From NCBI GenBank assembly GCA_051294375.1, contig JBJCIZ010001672.1, forward strand, positions 1 through 18,243: a DNA stretch of 18,243 nucleotides, written 5' to 3'. Positions 1 through 9,752 of this stretch are shown here, in pieces. This DNA is from Paraspadella gotoi. Its lineage: Eukaryota > Animalia > Chaetognatha. The notes beneath the pieces are model-generated. The model saw only the letters and a program-made list of their open reading frames with translations. It searched no databases and was not told where the DNA came from. How positions within the stretch are numbered: the first letter of the stretch is position 1; every line of letters starts with the position of its first letter. The translations under genes and the position numbers were made by a program.

Positions 1-239
1 TCATTTCCACTGGCACAATTCCGTCAAAACTTTATATAATTATTATGTATTAATAAATATTTAAAAGCTTCAGTGCAACAACCCAATGAACTAATTCAAA
101 AAGTTACATTGAAAATCGATTTAGTAGTAAAAGGAAAAAAAAAAATTTTTAAAGAGAACTAGAAGTTATAAAAAGTGTTCAATTTTGGCCCGCCTTACTA
201 GGTTGAAAACTAGAAGTTCTCTCAAATAAATACTAAATA

Positions 240-2475
240 ATACTAAACCCCGAAAAATACAAACCAAAATAAACGTTACTCTAAGAAACCAAAATAATCT
301 CAACCTGGATGCAATAATAGGAACTTACTTTATTGGTCATTTTATTTTAAGCATCCGTTTGCCGTTGCAACGAGAATAACTACGGCAAGGTAAAACTATG
401 AGAACGGATGGGGCGAGACCCTCAAACCCTGCCAAAAAATAAAACTAGCAATGATATGGTAATCCCCTTGTTGCGCTGGCTCCCTTATTCCAGCTCCTGC
501 TTTCTTATATTAAAGGGAGAAAATACAAAAAATGAGACGTACAATGACCTAACGATTACGAACCAGCTGACCTGCCACAGAAAGCCGGAACATAAATAAG
601 GACGGGTAAGTACTAAAAGGGGTTTCGGTAAGGTCCTTGCCCGCCTAAAGAAGAAGACGGTGGTCAAACAAGTAAACCTTTCGTAACCGAATGCCGAAAA
701 AATTTGGAGTTCCCGACGATTTCTCTCAACCAATTCTTACTGGAACCGGCCGTGTGTACAAGAGAAACCGTCCGCCTTGCGGCGCGCAGGGAGACAGTCT
801 TGAACAGGGTTTACCGTCGCTCCAAAAGCCTAAAGTTGTTATATTTTAGCGTCGACTCCCGAAACTCCGTCCGTCAAGAGTGTTTTGAAAGTCGATGCAA
901 AAAACTTTTATCAAAAAGCGAACAAATATTAGGGGCAAACTATGAATAATATAAACCATCAAAGAGAGATAATCTATATTATTCTTTCCTACTTAAATGC
1001 CGTCTCTTCTCCTAGGCTATCCAAAAAATCAACAAAGCTAAATAAATACAAAAAATGGGACAGATGGGGTGTTTTTAAGCAGTGGGGTGGTTTGCAACAC
1101 ACCTCCGAAGAGGGTTTCATTCTTCCGTCTTGTTCTCGTCGGGAAGAACCCGCTTTGGCGAGCGTTGGTTGTTTCCTCCTCTTACTCAACCAAAAACCTT
1201 GACCTTGACTTAACTTTACCTTTTTCTCAACTCCTACAAAAAACCCTGAAGACGAACTAGACCAACGTACAAAGTGTGACGACATCAAGTTCATACTAAA
1301 AATAAAAACCAAAAATACACTTTGTAATTTCGTGGGTTAAGGTCTTTATCACTAAAAAACGAAAAATATCCAATTTTCTAAAAAACGAACAAAGTATTAA
1401 TGAAACCCTAAAGGTTTCTGAAAAAGTACTAAATTTTCATTAGAAAAATGGCCGTACCCCACGCACGAACGGAGAGGAACGAACCTGTTCGTACAAAAAG
1501 AAGGAAAAAAAAATTTCAAGCGTAAAGTCGCGAAGATCTGGGTAAAAAGGCATGATGGTAAATAACACTTTATCCGGAGATAATCGAAGCCGTACGATCG
1601 ATTGAAAGTTGAGGTTAACCTACCGAAAACCAAACACAAAATAACATTATCCAAAAAATAAAAACGTAAGTACGCTACTTATTCTCAGAAATGACCGCCA
1701 CATCAAGTTTCTCTACGCCCGACGCAACTTTCGAAATTCGTAGCTTTAACCCGTGATCGTCGTCACGATCCGAGCGTCCACTAGGAACCGGAAGTGTCGC
1801 ACGCAGGCGAAACCGGATGTAACGTGCATTCACGCGTGAGAAAAAGGGGCGTGGCTTACGGTCGCCATCGTCGATGCATCGAAACGCTCGATGGCCACGT
1901 TATTAAAATACCAACGGAAAATAAAAGAAATTTCGATGTTTAAGCGAAAAATCTTAACATTCCGATAGATAACCAAAAAAATCCTCAAATTCCAATACAT
2001 AAATATAAACGCTAAAAATACCGATACTCGAAAAAGGCAAAATATCGAGATTTGAAAAAAGTCAAAGTTAATACATTGGTCGAACGAGAGAGGCTGATAC
2101 GGACCGACTTACCGCCGCACGGACAAGCCTCCCACGAACCTCACCGCCGGCCCATGAAAAAACACCCTCTCGTCCAAGTTTTGTTTAGCGAGACGGACGT
2201 CAACGTAAACAAAACGAGGCGAGACTCCGTCCTCAAAGGCGCCCCTATGCTGGTCAAGGCCGACAGTGCAGAAATGCGAAATAGGCAAATAAACATGAAT
2301 AAAACATTGAAATAAAAATAAATACGGCTTTTGAAACGGGGCACTCCCATAAAAAAGTTTTGCAAAGTGCAGAAAAAAAAAGGAAATCCGAGTGAACGCG
2401 ACTGAAAGAAAATGATTAATAAATAACGTTTGTCGCCGCGTTTTACAGGAAATCGAATCCGTATTTCAAGATCCC
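240..2475. repeat. Long direct repeat, copy A1 (paralogous to 12592-15150); identity unknown
   Basis: Collinear identical blocks: AACCTGGATGCAATAATAGGAACTTACTTTATTGGT (302-337 = 12692-12727), GCACGGACAAGCC...AAAAAACACCCT (2117-2168 = 14784-14835, 52 bp) and CGTTTTACAGGAAATCGAATCCGTATTTC (2439-2467 = 15113-15141). Weak similarity may extend to ~196 and ~2524. Confidence 0.92.
1680..1900. promoter_or_regulatory. CpG-rich, promoter-like segment inside repeat A (counterpart ~14290-14540)
   Basis: CpG-dense island in an AT-rich background. ETS-like CCGGAAGTG (1788-1796), CCGGATGT (1813-1820; CCGGAAGT at 14447-14454 in A2), GC-box GGGGCGTGGC (1846-1855) and CATCG/CGATG palindromes (1866-1893). Function is inferred from motifs only. 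Confidence 0.25.
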
Positions 2476-2621
2476 ATCGGAACACTACCTGCATACTCTC
2501 ACAGTCTCATTTATTCAGTCAATTATTATAGGCTTGCCTATCAATAAAGTGGTATAATGTTCTTATGATCTGTTTTAATTGTATAAAAGACAACTCCCTT
2601 AAGTATCTCAATGTTATTCAC

Positions 2622-3372
2622 CTTGAAATGCATGAGGTAGACGTTTCCCAAAACTCGAGCATCATTGATCTCCGGTTGAGGGCGATGAACTTGAAGAAGT
2701 AATGACTGAGGAGACTCTTGAGGTCTATGGCAGAGGAGGAGTGGCCGACTGATTCTTTGCAATGAAATTACGCAAGGCAAAGAGCCGCGGCGTTGCGGCC
2801 CGAGGGTTGTCTCGGCGTCGACATGGACTCGAAGGTGACGGGTTCGAAGGCGAGGTCATGCCAACAGATCCCTCCAGGACATATTTAAGCACGTGGGCGG
2901 TTCAGATAGAGGGGCTGATTATCTTAAGTTGAAAGTAGGGAAGTTGAGTCAATTTAATTAATGCACAATACCTTAAACCCTGGCCAAACTGACCTCCCGA
3001 GGTTTCTATAAGCATTAAGCCTGTCCCCCGATGGAAATCCCGCTCTTTGGCATCTGGGGTGAGTAGAAGGCAGTAGTTGCCGAGCTTCCAGGAGAGCGGG
3101 GCGCCATCCTCTGGCTCCTTGCCCTCCATGTCAACCTGGGTCGGCGCCAGATCGGCCTGCGTCAATGCCAGAGGTCGTCATTGTAGGACCTTTATTTATA
3201 TTTAATTACAATGTATTAATCAATTTCATTAAAAAGTTTTTTGCCAAAACCTTTTATATTCTTACAACTTTATAAATGAAAATAATACTTAAACCCTACT
3301 TCCAGATCGTCACAGGTCGCTGATGCTGACTCGCGCTGTCTGAGGTATCGCTGGGGTTGTCGCCCACCATTG
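2622..3372 (-). pseudogene. Three degenerate exon-like segments (~3300-3372, ~2972-3190, ~2622-2914); product unknown
   Basis: GC-rich blocks separated by AT-rich spacers, with minus-strand TTTTTAG acceptor (~3373) and GTAGG, GTATTG and GTGAA donors. The frame 2914->2622 reads ...WHDLAFEPVTFES...IDLKSLLSHYFFKFIALNRRSMMLEFWE with C-ending codons and two in-frame TAA (2885-2887, 2768-2770). The splice phases do not join into an open frame. Confidence 0.4.
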
Positions 3373-3783
3373 CTAAAAACAATACAATACATTAAATAAG
3401 TACTCAAATTTTATAAAATTTTAAGTACAAGCTAAACAAAACAATGCTTTTTTAGCTGATAGGAAAAGACGTACAAGGTAATACTGATTTAGTTTATAAC
3501 CAAATATAATCATGAATGTAATTACAAACTAATAATGAAAGCGTGGACGCAACAAGTTTCAAAGTTTATTCTTCAACAAGGTTAATGAAGATAAAAATAA
3601 AAGGCTCAGATGCTAAGTCTTAAACGATGTTATTTACAAGGTCAAAGTTTGACCATAAAAAGGAGAGGAAACGATCGAGGGTAAGTTGGAAAGTAAGGTC
3701 AATGGTTTGACCAAGGTTGTTCGGCCATCAAAGGCTATTAAAGAAAAAAAAAGGTAATTCATTTATTTATTCTTGATAATCAC

Positions 3784-5013
3784 TAGAGTTCCGATAACTG
3801 TTAATTTTTTAATTTTAATTTTAATTTTTTAATTTTTATTTTTTAACGGTTAACCGTTAAGATCGGTTAATTTTATAATTAAACTTTAAATTTAAAATAT
3901 TAAGATTTAAAACAAACTAAAGTATTTAATGGTATTTTCTCTTTAACTCTGGCTCTTGAATGCGCTGATAAAGACTTGAAACAGAGTCGAAACATGTCTG
4001 TTTTTTATGTCAAATAAAATTGTTGTTGTAACAAAACAAATATTTTTGCTAATCTCATAAAACAACGAAACGAAAGGATACCATCAAATTCTAATTCTAT
4101 ATTTTGTTTTCTCTTTCTCTCTTTTGCTTTCTCTTTTTCTTTCTCTACTTCTTCTCTTCCTGATTATTTTTGTAGTTGTTAGTTTCTTAAACGATTGTTT
4201 TCTGTTGTTAGTCTTTCATAAACTATGATCAATGGTCATTGACCATAAATATAAATATGAATTTTAATTTATTGATAGACTGGTTGATTTATCGATTGAT
4301 CAAAATATTTATTGATTAATAAATATATTTTTTCAGTTTAATTAAAAAGTATATCATCATTATTCTTTTTTATATGTCTTTTTTAAGATTTGTTCCTTCT
4401 ATTATTAATTTTTAAATTTTTTAAAATTTTTTTTTTTATTTTGTTTTTTATTAATTTTTTTCATTCATTTGGTTTTATTTCATTTGCTTCTTTCATCATA
4501 TTAATAATTAAAGAAGGAAAGAAAAAGAGAGAAAAAGTAAAATAAGAGGGATTATTTATTTTTAGCAAATTGAATACATATTATTGCATAAAAGGGCAAA
4601 AAAAAGGAAAAAGGTAAAATCAAAGGGCGAAAAAAGGAGAAAAAAGAAAGGGGGAAAGAAAAAGGGGAAAATTGAGAAAGAAAAAGAAAGGAACAGGACG
4701 AGATAATTAAAGGGGAAGAAAGAATAAGAGAGAGATTAGGATAGAAAAAAAAATAACAAAAGAAAAAAGCAGGAAAAAAGTGGAGAAGAGAGAGAGGGGT
4801 AAAAATATGGTGAGAAGGGGAGAGGAAAATAAGAGAGAACAGGAATAAAATATATTTTTTTTAAATTTATAGATTTCATACCAAAAAATGAAAAAAATCA
4901 CATTTGAAAATTAACCGAATTTAACCGTTAAAATAAATATATTAACGGTTAAGTTAAAATTATTTTTAACCGTAAATAACCGTTAATAACAGTTAACGGT
5001 TATCGGAACACTA
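3784..5013. mobile_element. Non-autonomous hAT-type DNA transposon (MITE), 1230 bp
   Basis: 21-bp TIRs TAGAGTTCCGATAACTGTTAA (3784-3804) and TTAACGGTTATCGGAACACTA (4993-5013), 19/21 complementary. Perfect 8-bp TSD ATAATCAC at 3776-3783 and 5014-5021. Multiple subterminal TTAACCGTTAA/TTAACGGTTAA motifs at both ends and no transposase ORF. An 8-bp TSD with TAG-initiated short TIRs and subterminal repeats is typical of hAT elements. Confidence 0.88.
4511..4850. repeat. Purine-rich (A/G) low-complexity tract inside the hAT MITE
   Basis: Almost pure A/G runs, e.g. GAAAAAAGGAGAAAAAAGAAAGGGGGAAAG. It accounts for the Phe/Leu/Ser-rich spurious ORF 4707-4901. Confidence 0.8.
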
Positions 5014-5229
5014 ATAATCACCTGTCAAATTTTACAACACCATCTAAGTTTTTAGTCGCTTATCAGCAGATCCCGACTCTATAATTCACTTTGTCGGTCC
5101 GTCGGTCCGCCCCCTCAATATTGTCGGGCATTAACTTATATCATGTCAGAACATCGAATTATGATAAATTATGCAAAAAAAATGATGTCCGTCCGTCCGT
5201 CCCACCTTAGCAAAAAACTCCAATTACTC

Positions 5230-6144
5230 GTGATTGGATGGATGGATTTGAATGAAATTTTGTGTGTGGGTAGGGAAGTGTGTCATTGAGCTGGATATAA
5301 AGTTTCGATGGTATCGTCCAAGTGGAAATGAGGTTAAATGGAAAAAACAAAAAAATATAATTCACTATTTGAACACCAATTGAGTGAGTGGATGGGGCGA
5401 TTGACCTGGAATTTTGTATGCGAGTAGGAAAGTGTGTGATTGAACAGGAAACCAAGTTTTGATGGAATCGTTTGAGTGGAAATGAGTTTAAATGGAAAAA
5501 AAAACCTGTTTCACTAATTGATTATGATTTTTTTTCCTTTTATATTAAATGTATATGCAGGATGTATTAATAAATCAAATAATTAATCAGTCAATCAATT
5601 AGTCAATTAATTAATCACTAATTAATTAATCAGTCAATCAATCCGTCCATATGTCCCATCTTAGCAAAAAGCCCCAATAACTCGTGATTGGCTGGTTGGA
5701 TCGGAATGAAATTTTGTGTATGGGTAGGAACATGTCTGATGAAGCTGGATATAAAGTTTCGACGGAATCATGTGAGTGGATATGAGTTTAAATGGAAAAA
5801 ACATAAGTCGCATTTACTAAAAACTTTTTACTTATTTTAACCAATAAATAAATACTCTAATCAATCATAATTGGATGGATAGATTGAGTTAAAAATTTGT
5901 GTGTGGGTAGGAAAATGTGTGACAAAGCTTGATATAAAGTTTCGGTACGAGTGGAAATGAGTTTAAATGAAAAAAATATGAGTCACATTTACTTGACTCT
6001 TTTTACTTATTTTAACCCATAATAGATTGAGATGAAATTTTGTGAGCGGGAAGGAAAGTTTGTGAAGAAGCTAGATATAAAGTTTTGAGGGAATTGTGCC
6101 AGCGGAAATGAGTTTAAATGGAAAAAATATAAGTCACATTTACT
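5230..6144 (+). repeat. Five diverged copies of a ~110-125 bp core inside the HINE-like element
   Basis: Core GAAATTTTGTGTGTGGGTAGGAA...GCTGGATATAAAGTTTCGA...AGTGGAAATGAGTTTAAATGGAAAAAA at ~5235-5347, ~5390-5503, ~5690-5818, ~5871-5993 and ~6021-6144, with variable AT-rich spacers. Confidence 0.88.
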
Positions 6145-6157
6145 TTATTTTAAGGAC

Positions 6158-6304
6158 ATCGATGATGATAAGCTGTATATAAATTTATAATTAATTATTA
6201 AAATTAATTAATTAATCGATTAATTAATTAATCGATGATGATAAGCTGTATATAAATTTATAATTAATTATTAAATATTAAAATTAATTAATTGATTAAT
6301 TAAT
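6158..6304. repeat. 73-bp-period AT-rich tandem duplication
   Basis: ATCGATGATGATAAGCTGTATATAAATTTATAATTAATTATTAAA begins at both 6158 and 6231. Confidence 0.85.
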
Positions 6305-6427
6305 TTATTTTCGTAGGCAGATCCGACATTGTTTGCTCAAACTTGTTGAAACACTTTCAAGTTTAAAGATTTCCATTTTTGACTTGGTTTTCAAGATACC
6401 TGTGACATAACATCGAAGCAGCTCAGC

Positions 6428-7044
6428 TCAAGTCGCTGACGCCGATGAGAACATGAGACGAGGCGTGGGGCTCAGCAAAGCCAACGGAGAGGAAGGGGGC
6501 GACGATGAAAGAGTAGGAAGGAGAGGAGGAAGTGGAAGAATATTTGTCTCCATTGTAAGGATCCCCAAGTTGGGATGAGGTCTATGGAACGAGTAAGGGG
6601 GTGGACAAGAAAAATTGTGTATTAAATGTTCATTGTACAATAGAACATGAAATGTTATTTTTGTTAATGCTTACAGAAGTCTGGGCAGACTTTCCGGCTT
6701 TGGGCATGTGTGGGCAATACTCGTAAGCGAAAGAGTAAACGTCGAAGGAACAAATTCCAAATCATCCTTCGGGGCATTTGGTGTCATTTTCCCTGATTTA
6801 TTAGATTCTTCATTTTCTTTGAACAATGTGATTCCTCTCTTTCCATAATTTCTGTAAAGGAAAAAATAAAGCTTGAAAAAGGGAGGAAAATGGATTTCCG
6901 AATTGCCATTCGGCAAACTAACTTGCTGAAAGCACGCTGCCGCTGCGACAAAGCGTCGCTGTCGATTCCGCTTTCGGCGACGATGGACTGTAAAGTCAAT
7001 GAATTTGTTTTGGAGGATGAAGATGAGGAAAAGGGAGCGTTCAT
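6428..7044 (-). CDS. Putative 3-exon ORF (7044-6923, 6851-6675, 6581-6428), 150 aa, Ser/Pro-rich, no recognisable domain; may be a pseudogene remnant or a non-coding transcript
   Basis: Canonical short introns: 6922-6852 (GTTAGT...TTTTTTCCTTTACAG, 71 nt), 6674-6582 (GTAAGC...CCATAG, 93 nt) and upstream 7135-7061 (GTAAGG...TCTTTCTTCAG, 75 nt). Both internal introns are phase 2 and join three listed ORFs in frame: MNAPFSSSSSSK...RAFSK/NYGKRGITLF...SLPRLL/PHPNLG...FSSASAT*. Confidence 0.35.
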
Positions 7045-7218
7045 GACGTCGGCCAAGGCCCTGAAGAAAGATAAAACGTGAGGGTTTATTAGAATTTAGA
7101 AAAGCCATTAACTTCCCCTTTCCTCAGATCCTTACCCTAAGGCTCGAATGGTTTGTCACAAAATTCACAACAAATAAGTAAAATTGCTAAATTTGATAAT
7201 AATTAAAGTTAAACAGAT

Positions 7219-7496
7219 AAAATTTTACTTTCGCCGACTAGGGTTTTGGAGTCTTTTGAAAAACCACTTAAAAATACTTTTTTCGCTGACCGGGGTTTTG
7301 GCGTCTTTTGAAAAACCAATTAAAAATAATTATTTGTTAAAAAAATTTTAAAAAATTCTTACCTAATTACCCTAACCTTAAATCCTCTTAACCCTTACCA
7401 CCCCGAACTATAAACCACCCTTAACCCAGTCAGCGAAAGTAAAATTTACTCCCTAAACCTAAACCACCCCTAAACCCTAGTCAGCGAAATTAAATT
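7219..7496 (+). mobile_element. MITE family B copy with duplicated ends (nested or rearranged)
   Basis: Left TIR AATTTTACTTTCGCCGACTAGGGTT (7221-), duplicated ~51 bp later (TTTCGCTGACCGGGGTT). Right TIR AACCCAGTCAGCGAAAGTAAAATT (7423-7446), duplicated at 7473-7496. The body matches 15695-15884. Confidence 0.75.
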
Positions 7497-7711
7497 ATGA
7501 AATTAAATATTTGAAACCCGCTACGAAAAAAAAGGTGCCATTTGCATATGCCAAGCTGTAAAGATCATTAACCCTAAATAGTAAAGTACCCTTCTTAGCT
7601 TTCCCTTATCCTTAATTTAAGCAAAACCCTACATAATTAACCCTTAATGGTAAATTATCATAACTTAATCTTATTAATCTTTAACTTACATAAATTTTAC
7701 CCAATTATAAA

Positions 7712-7732
7712 AATAATAATAATAATAATAAT
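7712..7732. repeat. (AAT)7 microsatellite
   Basis: Direct reading. Confidence 0.9.
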
Positions 7733-8316
7733 AGCAACCAATATTAAAAAATTAAAAGATCTGAATCCGTAATTTTTTTTTGGCGCAATCCTCTTTCATT
7801 CCGTTTTTCTTTTTCCGTTAAAATATCATCGATATTAATTTATATATTTTCTCATAGGCCTCCGAAATTTAATCAACAATTGCCTGTTCCATGATATAAG
7901 GATTTAAAATTAAAAGCAAAATACTGAATTTTATTCGTTTGCAAGCGTGAACCCAAAGCCCCTACTTATAGATCGTCCGCGTGTCAGGTCAAATGATGCG
8001 ATTTTCTTTTTGGAGAACTCGAGATGATAGTTTTCCTATTTGGCGACTTGAGCAGATGTTAGTTTCGCGGTTTCAGAGTAGAAGAAGCATAGAACAAGCT
8101 TCGGTCGGCAGTAATATGCGGGAGGCCAAATGTCCGTCCAATGTTATATGCAACTGAATGGTAAGACGGGGTCACCTGGAATAGTACGGATTATCAAAGC
8201 TGTAATTAAGTAAATGTGATACTGATGAGTGGGGTTTATGTCCTACAATCCAGAAGTAAAACTGTAAAACAAAATGAGGCACAAATCATGAATAAGGCAA
8301 ATACTATAAAGTAAAC

Positions 8317-9322
8317 GGCTTATTTTTACATTCGCCAACCGGGATTTTGCGGTCGGTTTATTTTTTGCTTTTTATGAGCGACGTATAGAAATCTCGTTAC
8401 AAAAAAAAACAAAAAAGGATACTAGTAAGGGTAAAAAAATAAAAAATAAAAAAAATCCCTTACCACCTTTAACCCAATTGTTAACTGTTTAAAAAACATA
8501 ACAAAAATAGCAATTAAAATATATTTAAAATAAATCTAAAATAATTATTTGAACAAATAATACAAAATATGCAAAAATTTTTTTTTTTTCAACTGAAGAA
8601 AAATGAAGAAATAAAAAAATGTATATTATTGCGCAAAGTGAGACAACTCTAAAGGGAAAAACAAAATTAAATGGATTAACTACGGACCGTTGATAGCTAA
8701 GGTTGGTTGCAGACATGGAATAGTAAAGATAAAAATAAAAATATTTTTACATTCGCCGACCGGGATTTTGTGGTCGGTATTGTTTTTTGCTTATTATGAA
8801 CGACATAAAAATCTTGCTACACAAAAATAAATGACACTGGTAAAGGTATAAAATCTTTATATCAAAATTTTTATTTCGAAACCTCCCCTAACCCTAACTA
8901 TCCCTAATCCTTAACCTTAACCCAATTGCTTACAGTTTAAAAAATAAAACAAAATATGATTTATTTTCCTTTCATTTTTTTTCGTTATTTGTTTAAGGTA
9001 TAAATATTTGTTTCACAAGTCAATTCGTTTTTGCGCTAATGAAGGCTTACATTGAAATCCGAAATTTATGTATCTTAATTAAACTCATTAAACTCATTAA
9101 ACTAATTAAACCCTAAACCACCATTAACCCCTCCCTAACCCCAGTTGGCGAAAGTAAAAGTAAACCAAATATTAATTAAAATAAATTTAAAACAATTATT
9201 ATTTATAAAATTTAAAAAATTGTAAATTACTGGGCAAACTGAGTCTTGACGCTAGATGGAAAACAAAATTAAATGGATTAACACACCACCAACCGCTGGT
9301 ACCTAAAGTTGGTTGCGGACAT
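8317..9322 (+). repeat. Diverged tandem duplication (~8317-8716 and ~8742-9322) carrying family-B-like TIRs
   Basis: Both units begin TATTTTTACATTCGCC(A/G)ACCGGGATTTTG(C/T)GGTCGGT, share TTAACCCAATTG...GTTTAAAAAA, and end GAAAA(A)CAAAATTAAATGGATTAAC...GTTGGTTGC(A/G)GACAT. A right TIR GTTGGCGAAAGTAAAAGTAAACC ends at 9166. No TSD seen. Confidence 0.75.
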
Positions 9323-9752
9323 ACATCAGACAAACTAACTAATAATCATTATGAAACACGAACAGTTACATTTAATCGCAGAAAAAATATGGAAGAAATA
9401 CCGAAAACGTATAAACATTTATTAGTACAAAGAGTCTTGTTTGAACGCCGAATCCTGAATGGGAGAAAAAGGTGCATCCGTGTTATTGATAGTCGTCTGG
9501 ACTTTACAGAATCTTTGGATCTAATGTAAAGTCCAGACAACCATAACCCAGGTGCACTCTTTGTCTCTCAAATCAGAGAGATATTGACTTTCGGCTCACT
9601 GTCCATTTCTTGCGATCATTCAGGATTCAGCATTTGGATCAGACTCTTGAGACTAAACGTTTGGACTTCTGAGCTTTTATATAATCAGTCCGTGAATAAT
9701 TTTAACAGTTCGTGTTTTAAAATGATTGTTAGTATTAGTATTGTCTGATATA
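9322..9752. mobile_element. ~430-bp imperfect fold-back (palindromic MITE-like element, TA at both ends)
   Basis: TACATCAGACAAACTAACTAATAATCATTATGAAACACGAAC (9322-) is complementary to GTTCGTGTTTTAAAATGATTGTTAGTATTAGTATTGTCTGATATA (-9752). Pairing continues inward (GAATCCTGAATG/CATTCAGGATTC) to a perfect 14-bp stem GTCTGGACTTTACA (9495-9508)/TGTAAAGTCCAGAC (9525-9538). Confidence 0.75.

Larger units (their letters stand above)
5049..6347 (+). mobile_element. DINE-1/HINE-like non-autonomous Helentron/Helitron derivative with internal tandem repeats
   Basis: Starts TTTTTAGTCG...CGACTCTATAA (short 5' inverted repeat), followed by GTCG/GTCC microsatellites (~5093-5109, ~5187-5202). GCAGATCCCGAC (5066-5077) recurs as GCAGATCCGAC (6317-6327), followed by a 3' hairpin GTTTG-CT-CAAAC (6331-6342) and a TTGTT end. 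This layout matches described DINE-1/HINE architecture; the family is not identified. Confidence 0.65.

Noticed and set aside
2490-3180. Solo LTR (TG...CA ends, TATA-like CTTAAATA, AATAAA on the minus strand)
   Set aside because: No TSD, and the exon/intron-like pattern and matches to 11760-12260 explain the region better.
4707-4901. Hydrophobic membrane-like ORF (similarly 8525-8716 and 13833-14021)
   Set aside because: Artefact of A-rich low-complexity sequence read on the minus strand.
5230-6144. CRISPR-like repeat/spacer array
   Set aside because: Units exceed 100 bp and are diverged, spacers are irregular and low-complexity, the context is eukaryotic, and there are no cas genes.
6593-6676. 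Plus-strand intron GTAAG...TTACAG with flanking exons
   Set aside because: The joined + frame contains stops. The TTACAG is the reverse complement of the minus-strand donor, which gives an open in-phase model.
8885-8923. Interstitial telomere or chromosome-fusion scar
   Set aside because: The CCCTAA motifs are short and degenerate and are confined to the bodies of MITE family B.
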